This document shows positions 28,350 through 38,006 of a stretch of DNA of 64,000 nucleotides, piece after piece. The stretch spans positions 118,335-182,334 of the forward strand of contig JABIAY010000049.1 in NCBI GenBank assembly GCA_018653085.1. The letters are read 5' to 3'. Numbering within the stretch: the stretch's first letter is position 1; each line of letters begins with the position of its first letter. The notes under the pieces were generated by a model that was given only the letters and a program-made list of their open reading frames with translations, searched no databases and was not told the origin of the DNA. Source of the DNA: Nitrospina sp. Lineage in GTDB: Bacteria > Nitrospinota > Nitrospinia > Nitrospinales > VA-1. The translations under genes and the position numbers were made by a program.

Positions 28350-31300
28350 TGCACCAGCTCCTTGTAGTACTCGTTAACCAGGCGTTCGTAATTTTTTGGG
28401 GTTTGTTTCTTCATGGCATCCAGAATTTCTTCGCGGAAAGCGCGGGGAACTTTGTATTGGTCTTCGGATGGAAGAAGTACCTGTTCTTTTTGCATGCGGG
28501 GGGAGCCACCACGCCGGGGGTCCCTCCGGCTTCCCGTCCCCAGTCTGAGTGGGGTCCCTTTGTTGCCCTGCTTAGACTGACTGCCAGAATTTTTGATTTC
28601 GTTTAAAAGTTTCTTGGTTGCCTGAAGGGACTTCAAAGCCTTGTTCTCGGAGTCGATACCCCGTTGCACCTGTTGGGCCTGCAACCGATCCTGGGCGTTT
28701 TTAAGGTTTCTTTTTGCATCGCCCATGTTCTGCGACAGGGCGGGTGGTAGCAGAGGGTTTTCTTTATTCATTTTATTAAACAAATCCCTCATCTCTTTGG
28801 CCTGCTTGCTCATTTCTTTTTCCTGGCTAGCCAGTTTGCTCAGTTTACTTTTCTCCTTGTCGGTAAGGAGTGACTGGCTGTTTTTTTCAATAGAGCGTTT
28901 CAGGGAACCCAGTTTTTTCGAAATCTCCGCGTTCAGCCGGGTGACTTCTCTCAGGTCCTGACTCAGTCGGTCACCGATATCTGCCCTCTGGTTTCGGGTG
29001 CTCCGCATATTTCCCTGCCAGCGGAATATTTCAGGATATGTGTTTTTGAAAAGTACGTTGAACTCGTTCAAATCGTTTAGTTCGGTCAACTCGTTCAAGG
29101 TCTCATATTTTTTCTCAATGAGAGGAAGGTTTTGCTTGAACTCCTGAAAGCCTCGGGTTCGCAGGTTGTCTATTTCACCGACAGTTTTGGATAATTCCCT
29201 GCGGGTTTCATTCAACGCCTTGAAGTTGTTTCCCAAATCATCATTCAGACTGGAGTCGATGGTTTTTTGGCCAAGAGATTTTATCTTCTGCCTGATTTTT
29301 GTTTCTTCTTGCACCAGTTCGCGCATCTTGATCATGGCTTTGTGCTCATCAAGATATTTTGAATCTTCTTCCAGGAGGTTTTGGATGGCTTGCACATCTT
29401 TTTTTAATTCATCAAAGAAATTCTTAATTAAGGAATCAAATTGCCGGGCCTGATTTGCGCGCAGTTTCTGATTGATTTCCGAGGTCTCCTGAAGAACCTC
29501 TTTTTGTCTTTTCTCCAGGCTTTCAAGTTTCGCCACGGATTCATTGATTTGCTCGAGCATCTGGTTGTCTACCATGGACTCCATGGATGATTTTGCTTGA
29601 TCCAACTGGTTCGCGAACTTTCTCATATCCTCAAGAACCTTTTTGAGTTCTTCCATCGCTTCATCCATTTTCCCCTGGCTGGCAAGATCCTTGATTTTCT
29701 CCAGCGAAGCCAGGGTGTCTTCCATGTTCAGGTTTTTATAGGCCTTGGAATTGAGGAATTCATCCGGCATGGCTTGATTCTGCTGAGAAAGCTTATCCAT
29801 CATTTGTTGCAGGGTTTGTTGGATTTTATCCAGTTGAGCCCGGAGTTTGTCGGGGGTCAGCGGAGATTTTTTATTGCGGATATTCTCAAACTCTTCCTGT
29901 AGGGCTTCGGTTAATTTGGACAATTGGTTTTCAAGGTCCATGACCTGGTCCATTTTCTGACGATTGGTCATCTTGATCAGGTAAAGGATGCTCTGCTCCA
30001 AACTGGCGACCATTTTGTCGTTGAGCATTTCGACAGAATCCATACCGAAGCTCACCGGGGTGGGTTTCAATATCGTCTTCTGTATTTTATTGATGGCGTC
30101 AATCTGTTCTTCGCGGATAGTGGCCAATCCGCTAATGATACTGTTTAAAAGGGTGAGGTAAGGGCGGGGAAAATAATCAAAATCCCTGGCTTGCTCTTTG
30201 ATGCGCTGGGCAAGACCAATAATGTCAATCAGCGCATCTGCGTGTGAGGCAAGAATCTTTTTTCCATACATCGTGTCGGAGGTTTTCAGGACCTCTCCTT
30301 CAACGAGGCCATTTGCCAGCAGGGCAATCATTTTTTCTGACAACTCTTCCTGCAGACGCACCAGGTTTTCACGCTCTTTTCTGCTGTCGAATATAGTGAA
30401 ACGGTAAATTTCTGACTGTCCGGAGTTCGGGCCGGTAACGTTATCGTTGTCCTTAACCTCTAAAAAATACTGGACTTCATCTCCCTGTTGAAGGTTTTCC
30501 AGGGAGAGGCTCCAGTTGAAATTCCCCGTTGAATCCTTTGCCGACTGCTTGAAGCTTTTGATACTTTTTTTCAGGGTGGTTTTGTTGATCTGGGCAATCA
30601 GGTCAATTTGCCGGATGCCAAAATCATCGTGAGCTTCATAAAACATTTGTACCGTGTCGGTTTCATAATAGACCGGCTTGGGATTGACCGGAAACAGTAT
30701 CACTTGTGGTGACTTGTCCTGCTCAAGCTCAATGGGATATTTTTCTGGCAGAAGGATCTTTTGCCCATCCTGCTTCATTTTGAATTGGTAATGGCCTTTT
30801 TCGCGCAGTATCAAAGAGCCTTCCAGATTTTTGGAGTCTCTCAGTTCCATCATAAAGGTGTCACGGTTATTCACCACCAGTTCCACTCCATCGGCAGGAT
30901 GGTTGCTTGTGCCTTTGATTTTAACTTCGGTTCCGGGCAAAGCTTTGATGGAGCCATCTGAAGGGAAAACGGTTTTCTTCTTTAATTGGGTGTATGCGGG
31001 AAACGCCAACGTCAGGGAGAGGTCTTCAATATGATATTCGAGTTGGCGGTTGGCCTGTTTGGGGTCCCCCTGCTTTTTATCTGCGATAGCCTGGGTTTGG
31101 GCCAGCTCTTCTGTCTGTTGCCAGAAACTGGGCAATGCCCAGCTAGTGGTGGCGAACACTAGTAGCGCAACGAGAAACAAGTTACGTGCCGGAACAACTC
31201 TTTGACAGTCGACTACCGAATCCGGGTCGAGGTTCTGGATGGCGGATTGGGTGCGCTCAAGATGTTTGCGGATGAAAGCAAGGGAGAACAGCGGTTTGTT

Positions 31301-31642
31301 TCCCTGATCGTCGGTTAAGTGGTGTTCCAGTTGTGCGGCATTGATCAGGGAATTGTTCAACTCCGGGTATTTTTTTTCAGCCAGAAGCGCGGCCTGGTCC
31401 CGGTTTATTCTGGAAAACCCACGAGTGGAGTAGAGGCCCCAGCCCAGCAACAGGATGATCAATCCAGATAAGCCGTAGCTCAATGCCGGGTGTGAGGTTC
31501 GAAAATGAAAATACAGATCTGTTGCCAGGGCGCACCCGGCTAAAACCGTTGCACCTGCATAGGCGACCTGAATGATAAGAACCCGGTTCCATTTGGCCTG
31601 AATCCGGTTTAGAAAGCTGTGGATTTTTGAATTGGGTTCCAT
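28346..31642 (-). CDS. large membrane-anchored coiled-coil protein (DUF4175-like architecture)
   Basis: 1098 aa with three N-terminal TM helices, a beta-rich region, about 500 aa of heptad-like Lys/Glu/Gln-rich sequence, and the C-terminal tail YKVPRAFREEILDAMKK..YERLVNEYYKELV. Confidence 0.7.
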   Translation of the reverse strand: MEPNSKIHSFLNRIQAKWNRVLIIQVAYAGATVLAGCALATDLYFHFRTSHPALSYGLSGLIILLLGWGLYSTRGFSRINRDQAALLAEKKYPELNNSLINAAQLEHHLTDDQGNKPLFSLAFIRKHLERTQSAIQNLDPDSVVDCQRVVPARNLFLVALLVFATTSWALPSFWQQTEELAQTQAIADKKQGDPKQANRQLEYHIEDLSLTLAFPAYTQLKKKTVFPSDGSIKALPGTEVKIKGTSNHPADGVELVVNNRDTFMMELRDSKNLEGSLILREKGHYQFKMKQDGQKILLPEKYPIELEQDKSPQVILFPVNPKPVYYETDTVQMFYEAHDDFGIRQIDLIAQINKTTLKKSIKSFKQSAKDSTGNFNWSLSLENLQQGDEVQYFLEVKDNDNVTGPNSGQSEIYRFTIFDSRKERENLVRLQEELSEKMIALLANGLVEGEVLKTSDTMYGKKILASHADALIDIIGLAQRIKEQARDFDYFPRPYLTLLNSIISGLATIREEQIDAINKIQKTILKPTPVSFGMDSVEMLNDKMVASLEQSILYLIKMTNRQKMDQVMDLENQLSKLTEALQEEFENIRNKKSPLTPDKLRAQLDKIQQTLQQMMDKLSQQNQAMPDEFLNSKAYKNLNMEDTLASLEKIKDLASQGKMDEAMEELKKVLEDMRKFANQLDQAKSSMESMVDNQMLEQINESVAKLESLEKRQKEVLQETSEINQKLRANQARQFDSLIKNFFDELKKDVQAIQNLLEEDSKYLDEHKAMIKMRELVQEETKIRQKIKSLGQKTIDSSLNDDLGNNFKALNETRRELSKTVGEIDNLRTRGFQEFKQNLPLIEKKYETLNELTELNDLNEFNVLFKNTYPEIFRWQGNMRSTRNQRADIGDRLSQDLREVTRLNAEISKKLGSLKRSIEKNSQSLLTDKEKSKLSKLASQEKEMSKQAKEMRDLFNKMNKENPLLPPALSQNMGDAKRNLKNAQDRLQAQQVQRGIDSENKALKSLQATKKLLNEIKNSGSQSKQGNKGTPLRLGTGSRRDPRRGGSPRMQKEQVLLPSEDQYKVPRAFREEILDAMKKQTPKNYERLVNEYYKELVQ

Positions 31643-31824
31643 ATATATATGGGGAAAATTTGTCTATCTTCTATTTTATTACACCCGTGCTGTGAATCCC
31701 AATGAATAAATGCCTATAAGCAGGGCAAAAAAAGGTGGTTAATAAATATTGCAATTTATGCCAAACCCAAGCAGAATTTATAGGGAATATAATTAAAACC
31801 CCTTCTAGACTGGGCTTTTTTATC

Positions 31825-32709
31825 ATGAATAAAGCAATTTCATGTTGGCTGATTTTTATTTATTTTGTTTTGGCAATTCCCGCTACTGCAAAAGACCTTT
31901 CCTGGACAGGATGTGGCATTACGAAACATGCCTTCATGAATGAGGTGGCAGATGCTTTTGAGAAGAAGACGGGGATGAAAATCAGGCTGTCAGGAGGAGG
32001 GGCAACCAAAGGAATTCGTTCGGTATCCGCAGGGACTACCGATTTGGGAGGCAGTTGCAGGCCATGGTTGATTTTGCCAAATGGTAATATCCACCCTCAG
32101 GAAATTAATGCCAGATTCGTCCATGTAGGGTGGGATGCTTTGGTTCCCGTTGTTAATCAGAATAACCCGATAAAGACTCTTTCTGTAAAGAACGCTAAAG
32201 CAATTTTGAATGGCGAGCTAAAGAGTTGGGAAGATGTTGGGTGGGCAGGTTCAGGAAAAATTATCCTTTGCACACGAGAAGGCAATGAATCTGGAGTAGG
32301 GGTCATGGCAAGAAGACTTTTGTTTAATGATCCGAACTACAAATTTAAAGGGCGTTCGTTGTTGTTCAAGTCGACAGGTTCGCTTGAACGAAAAATTGAA
32401 GCCTCACTCCGTTCTTTTGGCTTGAGCGGAATAAGTTCCGCTAAAAGGAGGGACTTGAAAATTTTATCTATAGACGGTATTTACCCTTCCAAAGAAAATA
32501 TAGCATCAGGAAAGTTCCCTCTGTTCCGACCATTATTTATAACGACTTCAAAGGTTGAGCCCAAACCTGAAGTGAAAATGTTCATAGATTTTATCAGGGG
32601 GGTGGAGGGACAAGAAATAATATCAAGGCAGGGAACAGTGAACCTTGAAGAAGGGAAAGCGCTGGTTCCTCTGTGGAAAAAAATATTCCCGGAATTCAAA
32701 ATCCCATAA
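31825..32709 (+). CDS. PstS-like periplasmic substrate-binding protein
   Basis: ATG at 31825 gives a signal peptide (MNKAISCWLIFIYFVLAIPATA). GGGATKGIRSV and SGISSAKRR are typical of the PBP-like_2 / phosphate-binding fold. Confidence 0.7.
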   Translation: MNKAISCWLIFIYFVLAIPATAKDLSWTGCGITKHAFMNEVADAFEKKTGMKIRLSGGGATKGIRSVSAGTTDLGGSCRPWLILPNGNIHPQEINARFVHVGWDALVPVVNQNNPIKTLSVKNAKAILNGELKSWEDVGWAGSGKIILCTREGNESGVGVMARRLLFNDPNYKFKGRSLLFKSTGSLERKIEASLRSFGLSGISSAKRRDLKILSIDGIYPSKENIASGKFPLFRPLFITTSKVEPKPEVKMFIDFIRGVEGQEIISRQGTVNLEEGKALVPLWKKIFPEFKIP

Positions 32710-32727
32710 ATACATGGTTTTCCTTTT

Positions 32728-34527
32728 ATGACTATCTGGAAAAAAATTGTTTTCAGTGGCGCATTCCTGATTCTTCTCCTGTTATCAGTTCAGGGGTGGA
32801 TGTTTGGAAGCCTGGTGAATGATGAAATCAGGTCCGGGTTGGACCTCAGGCTGAAAAATAATACCGTCAATTACTTGCAAATGGTTGACGGTTTTCTGCT
32901 GGACATCCATGAAGACCTTGCCGTTATAAGCTCTCATAAGGCACTGGAGGACTATTTCACATCAAGATACTTTGATGATGGTGATGGGATGCTGGAGGCA
33001 GAATCCGCGCTTGAAAAGTTTTTCGTCAGGATACAGCAGGCAAAACCTCAATACCGTGAAAGTTTTCTTGCCACTATTCAGAACGATATTGTTCTTCGAG
33101 TAGTAAAAGGGAAGCGTGTTGAAAAGTTTGATTTTTTGCTCCAGGGAATATCTCCTTCTGATACACAGGAAACAATGTTTAGGCTGGCTGAGTCCGAGTC
33201 AGGAGAGTGGATATTGCAATCGATAAAAATTTTGCGATATTCTGGTCGGATTGAAGGTTTTGTTTGCCTGTATACGCCCATTGATCATTTGCTCAGGCAT
33301 GTATTTGATCGCCCGAACGATTTTAAAATGCTTTATTTGATGATGGCGGGTGGGAAGAAAACCGTTGCTGGATCAGAAAGTATTAGTCCGGATATGCAAA
33401 AAAAACTGCTCGACAAAAATATGCCTGGTTGGGTTGTTTTTACTTCCCCCATCCAGAAACTGGGCTCAAACCTTACTCTGGCTGTTGAAGAGAAAAGTGT
33501 TTATTCAATAGTTGATCGTTTGCAAAAATATGAAATATGGTTTTTGGTTCTAGCTCTAGGTTTTTCGTTGGTTTTTTTGGGACAGGTTGCAAAGAAAATT
33601 ACTGGCCCAATCCATAAGCTTTCAGAGTGGACCCGTCAAATTCAAAAAGAAAAACTGGATCAAATAGAAGTTAATATGCCAGAAGTAATTGGCTCAGATG
33701 ACGAGACTGGAATATTAGCGGAGTCGTTCCAAATCTTGATTCAAAGGATCGTTCAACAAAATAGCTCTTTAGAGGTTCTAGTCGAGAAGCGAACCTCAGA
33801 GCTGAGGGAATCCAAAGAAGAGGCCGAAGATGCCAATCGTGCCAAATCCGAATTTTTGTCTAGAATGAGTCATGAACTCCGTACACCCATGAATGCAGTA
33901 CTCGGTTTTGCTCAGTTGCTGGAGCTGGGTCAGGAGGGAAACTTGACTCAGTTGCAAAGAGACAATGTCAAGCGCATCCTGGGCGCGGGAGAACATTTGT
34001 TGAATTTGATTAATGAAGTTCTGGACTTGGCGGCAATTGAAGAAGGCGAAGCAAAAATAAAAAAAGAAAAATTATCTCTGAAACCTCTGGTGAATGACCT
34101 GATAATGTCAATATCCCCTTCGGCTCAGCAAAGAGGAATTACCATAGAAAGTAAGATGCCCCTTAAAGAAGATTTTTCATTTGTTGCTGATAAGCTTCGT
34201 TTTCATCAGGTAATGTTGAACCTACTTTCAAACGCTATCAAATATAACAAAGAAAATGGTTCTGTTTTTATTGGCTGTGAGACCAATGGGGGTTCTGAAT
34301 TGAAGATAAGTGTTAGGGATACGGGGTACGGTATTCCACCTGACAAGTATGAATTGATTTTTGACCCCTTCAGTAGATTGGAAAACCCCGACCCGACTAT
34401 TGAGGGAACCGGAATTGGTTTGTCGATTACCAAAAGCCTGGTGGAAGCCATGAATGGGACCATTACCTTAGAATCAGAAGTGGGAAAGGGGACCACTTTT
34501 TTTGTTAGTTTTCCCACCGAGGCATAA
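32728..34527 (+). CDS. sensor histidine kinase (periplasmic domain-HAMP-HisKA-HATPase), no adjacent response regulator
   Basis: 599 aa with two TM helices, the H-box [11 protein letters not shown], and ATPase boxes NAIKYN, DTGYGI and GTGIGLSI. Confidence 0.85.
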   Translation: MTIWKKIVFSGAFLILLLLSVQGWMFGSLVNDEIRSGLDLRLKNNTVNYLQMVDGFLLDIHEDLAVISSHKALEDYFTSRYFDDGDGMLEAESALEKFFVRIQQAKPQYRESFLATIQNDIVLRVVKGKRVEKFDFLLQGISPSDTQETMFRLAESESGEWILQSIKILRYSGRIEGFVCLYTPIDHLLRHVFDRPNDFKMLYLMMAGGKKTVAGSESISPDMQKKLLDKNMPGWVVFTSPIQKLGSNLTLAVEEKSVYSIVDRLQKYEIWFLVLALGFSLVFLGQVAKKITGPIHKLSEWTRQIQKEKLDQIEVNMPEVIGSDDETGILAESFQILIQRIVQQNSSLEVLVEKRTSELRESKEEAEDANRAKSEFLSRMSHELRTPMNAVLGFAQLLELGQEGNLTQLQRDNVKRILGAGEHLLNLINEVLDLAAIEEGEAKIKKEKLSLKPLVNDLIMSISPSAQQRGITIESKMPLKEDFSFVADKLRFHQVMLNLLSNAIKYNKENGSVFIGCETNGGSELKISVRDTGYGIPPDKYELIFDPFSRLENPDPTIEGTGIGLSITKSLVEAMNGTITLESEVGKGTTFFVSFPTEA

Positions 34528-34610
34528 TCGAGATGCAAAAATTGGAGGCCTTTATAGACAAAGCATGCAAAAAGGCTTATATTTGAGTGTATGCAACCGA
34601 TGAGACTATT

Positions 34611-34880
34611 ATGAAAGCTTTTTCACACAACAATAAGAAGCGCTTGCTGATTGCCGTTTTGCTGGCTGTGGGCTTTTTATTCACATCTTCCGCCTCCATT
34701 GCCATGCCGCTCCAAATGGACGAATGCAATGCCCAGACGGTTTGTGAAAAATGTTGCCTCATCAGTGTGCCTGAACTTTCAGGTGTGCAGGCTGAGTATT
34801 TCTTCTCCGCTTGCCCGGATGGAGTTCCAGCGTCTATGCCCATTCCGGTCCCCTTACCTTTTGATCATCCCCCGCAATAA
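34611..34880 (+). CDS. small exported Cys-rich protein
   Basis: ATG at 34611 gives MKAFSHNNKKRLLIAVLLAVGFLFTSSASIA followed by a 59-aa mature part with 5 Cys (DEC..C..CC..C). Lies directly upstream of the efflux operon. Coding status is not proven. Confidence 0.4.
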   Translation: MKAFSHNNKKRLLIAVLLAVGFLFTSSASIAMPLQMDECNAQTVCEKCCLISVPELSGVQAEYFFSACPDGVPASMPIPVPLPFDHPPQ

Positions 34881-34998
34881 CTTTTCCAATTTGTTTTAGT
34901 TGCTCCATCCCCTTGTTAGCCCAATTTGGCTAATATTGAGCCTTTGCTTGGTTTGAGGTTGGAGAAAGATCAACTCCATATAATTGGAAGAGGCGGTC

Positions 34999-36273
34999 AT
35001 GAAATCCATTCGGATCCTTATATTCATGGGAACGCTGATGCTGGTGTTTCCCGGTTTAGTTGGCGCACAAGAAAATACATTTAAATCTGTTCTTCAGGGC
35101 TTTATTGAGACAGCTCTGAAAAATAACCCTGCGATCAAAGCGTTTCAACATCGAATCAAGGCGGCTCAGGAAGTTCCTTCCCAAGTGAGTTCCCTGGACG
35201 ATCCGATTCTGCAATTTCAGTTGATGAATTTGCCGGTTGATACGTTTGATTTATCTCAGGAGGCTGTGACGCAAAAACAGTTCTCTCTCTCGCAAAAACT
35301 GCCTTATCCCGGAAAGCTGGGACTCAAGGCGGAAATCGCGGAAAAAAATATAGCCATCACCCAACAGGATCTGGAGGAAGCCAGGTTGTCCATCACCCGT
35401 GATGTGAAACTGGCTTTTTATGAGCTGTGTTTTGTTTTGGCGGCGACGAACATCACCCGGGAAAACAAAACGCTCCTGGAACAGTTTGTCACCATTGCCG
35501 AGTCAAAATATTCGGTGGGCAAAGGTCTGCAACAGGATGTGCTCAAGGCCCAGGTGGAACTGACCAAAATTATGGAACAACTGATTGAGTTTCAAAAATT
35601 AGCGGGGATCGAAAAGGCGCGGTTGAATTCCCTGATGAACCTCCTGCCCCAAGAGACCTTGACGATTCCACATGGTATTGCCAAGACGGATTTTATTTTT
35701 ACTGTACCGGGACTCCAGGTCATCGCGGAGAAGCATCGTCCTTTGCTATCTAAAATCCGTTCCCTCAAAGAGCGTTATGGGACATCTAAAAAGCTGGCGG
35801 AGAAGGAATACTATCCTAACTTCAATGTCGGACTTAAATACGGCCAAAGGCAGGAGGCCCGTAATATAGATCGTCCGGATTTTGTTTCGGCCTGGGTCGG
35901 GATCAATATTCCTATCTGGTACAAGACCAAACAGTCTCGCCGTGTTTTGGAAACGACTTACAAGGTGGAGATGGCTGGTGAAACCTATAACAAAGCCAAA
36001 AACCAGATCTTCCTGAAAATCAAGGAACTGGTTGACAAGGAACGGCAGGGTGGCAAAACGCTGGCGTTGATTGAGCAGGGAATTCTTCCTCAGGCCCGGC
36101 AGTCTCTTGAGTCTGCGCTCGCCGGTTACAGTGTGGACAAAGTGGATTTCCTGACTCTTCTGAATAATCAGGTGACGTTGTTCAAATGGCAGATCCGGTA
36201 TCACCGTGAGTTGACGGATTATGAAAAAAACCTGGCGGTCATTGAGCAGAGTGCCGGGAAGAATTTGTTTTAA
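34999..36273 (+). CDS. TolC-family outer-membrane efflux protein (CzcC/CusC-like)
   Basis: About 424 aa from ATG 34999, with a signal peptide and two OEP-type repeats. First gene of the CBA efflux operon. Confidence 0.85.
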   Translation: MKSIRILIFMGTLMLVFPGLVGAQENTFKSVLQGFIETALKNNPAIKAFQHRIKAAQEVPSQVSSLDDPILQFQLMNLPVDTFDLSQEAVTQKQFSLSQKLPYPGKLGLKAEIAEKNIAITQQDLEEARLSITRDVKLAFYELCFVLAATNITRENKTLLEQFVTIAESKYSVGKGLQQDVLKAQVELTKIMEQLIEFQKLAGIEKARLNSLMNLLPQETLTIPHGIAKTDFIFTVPGLQVIAEKHRPLLSKIRSLKERYGTSKKLAEKEYYPNFNVGLKYGQRQEARNIDRPDFVSAWVGINIPIWYKTKQSRRVLETTYKVEMAGETYNKAKNQIFLKIKELVDKERQGGKTLALIEQGILPQARQSLESALAGYSVDKVDFLTLLNNQVTLFKWQIRYHRELTDYEKNLAVIEQSAGKNLF

Positions 36274-36305
36274 CGCAAACCGATTGTTGAAATGGAAATC
36301 GAGTG

Positions 36306-37979
36306 ATGAGCGATACAGATAACAAAAATGAAGACCAGCGTCCGGACCCGGAAGAAGCTACAGGGCCGGGAGATCCGTTGAGCGATGCCGTCGTTGAGAA
36401 AATTTCTCAGGCTTCAGAATTGCGTGCGGACAGCGAACGAAGGCCAGAAAGTTCCGGTGCTTTGATCCCGAAAGATGTGAGCACAGAGGAAATCCTGTTC
36501 TCGTTAGAGCCTGCGGCCATGCTGAGAAAGAAAACCGGGTTGAGCATCCTGCGTGTCCTTTTGTTTTGCGCCTTATTGGCAGGAGTATTCCTGCTGGGAT
36601 TCGGAACCCGACCGGAAGTGATGTCGCAATGGATCGATGAGGGCAAAAAATGGATGCAGGTAGGAATGGAAAAGATGGAACCCATTGCCAACAGGATGTA
36701 TGGAAAAACCGTGGAAATGGTAGACAAGATTCATGCTCCATCAGCCAAACCTGCTATGCCAGCTGGCACGGCTATGAAAAAGAAACCGGGGAGAAAAATC
36801 AAATACTGGAAAGCTCCCATGACTCCGGGTTTTACCTCCGACAAACCGGGCAAAAGTCCGATGGGAATGGATTTGGTTCCTGTCTATGAAGATGAAGCGG
36901 GTGCCGGCGTATCTATTAACCCGACCATGGTGCAAAACATTGGGGTCAAAACCCAGATTGTGGAAGAGCGATCCCTGAGCCGAGAAATAAGAACCGTCGG
37001 CCGCCTGACTTATGATGAGCGACTGGTGACTCATATTCATACCAAATTTGGCGGCTGGATAGACAAGCTCTATGCAGACTTCACTGGCCAGGAAGTGAAG
37101 GAGAACGATCCTCTTCTGGAAATTTATAGTCCCGAACTGGTCACTACCCAGGAAGAATTGATTCTGGCTTTGAAGTATCAGGAATCTCTCAAAGACAGTT
37201 CGTTTCAGGAAATCAGCCGTGGAGCGAAAAGTCTGGTCGATTCCACCTTAAGGCGATTGGAGTTGTTCGATGTGCCGGAGCACCAGATTGCGGACTTAAT
37301 TAAAAATCAAAAAGTCAGCAAAACCATGCATATCCATTCGCCGGTAAATGGTTTTGTTATTAAGAAGCATGTTCTTCAGGGAATGCACGTCAAACCCGGA
37401 ATGAATTTATACATGATTGCCGATCTCTCGAATATCTGGCTCATTGCGGATATCTACGAATACGAGATTCCCTGGATGAAGCTGGGTCAGGAAGCGGAGA
37501 TGAACCTTTCCTATTTTCCGGGAAAAAAATTCAAGGGCAAAGTGACCTTTATTGATCCGATACTGGATTCCAAATCACGCACTTTAAAAGTGCGTATGGA
37601 GTTCCCCAATCCCGGCGGTGAACTAAAACCGGAAATGTACGCCGATGTGATTTTGAAGTCTGCAGTGATGAAGAAAGGGGTTGCGATTCCCGAAGAAGCT
37701 GTGATTTATACCGGCGAGAAAACGATGGCGGTCATTCAGAATTCCTCAGGAGGATTTGAATCCAGAGAGTTGACGCTGGGAGTGAAGACGCAGGGTTATA
37801 TTCAGGTTCTTAAAGGATTAAAGAAAGGGGAGCGCGTTGTCACTTCATCGACTTTCCTGATCGATTCCGAAAGTCGGCTCAAAGAGGCATTAAGTAAAAT
37901 GGGAAGTAAGAGCATGGATGTGAAAATGCCCGATAAAAAAAGCGACAAGATGAAACTGCATTTGAAAGAAAAACGCTAA
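36306..37979 (+). CDS. RND efflux periplasmic adaptor (CzcB/CusB family)
   Basis: About 557 aa. The KSPMGMDLVPVYEDE motif is typical of heavy-metal MFPs, with HlyD-like barrel-sandwich and beta-barrel regions. It also has an unusual ~75-aa acidic cytoplasmic N-terminus. Confidence 0.9.
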   Translation: MSDTDNKNEDQRPDPEEATGPGDPLSDAVVEKISQASELRADSERRPESSGALIPKDVSTEEILFSLEPAAMLRKKTGLSILRVLLFCALLAGVFLLGFGTRPEVMSQWIDEGKKWMQVGMEKMEPIANRMYGKTVEMVDKIHAPSAKPAMPAGTAMKKKPGRKIKYWKAPMTPGFTSDKPGKSPMGMDLVPVYEDEAGAGVSINPTMVQNIGVKTQIVEERSLSREIRTVGRLTYDERLVTHIHTKFGGWIDKLYADFTGQEVKENDPLLEIYSPELVTTQEELILALKYQESLKDSSFQEISRGAKSLVDSTLRRLELFDVPEHQIADLIKNQKVSKTMHIHSPVNGFVIKKHVLQGMHVKPGMNLYMIADLSNIWLIADIYEYEIPWMKLGQEAEMNLSYFPGKKFKGKVTFIDPILDSKSRTLKVRMEFPNPGGELKPEMYADVILKSAVMKKGVAIPEEAVIYTGEKTMAVIQNSSGGFESRELTLGVKTQGYIQVLKGLKKGERVVTSSTFLIDSESRLKEALSKMGSKSMDVKMPDKKSDKMKLHLKEKR

Positions 37980-38006
37980 AAGGCGGCTTTAAAGCGAGAG
38001 AACATT

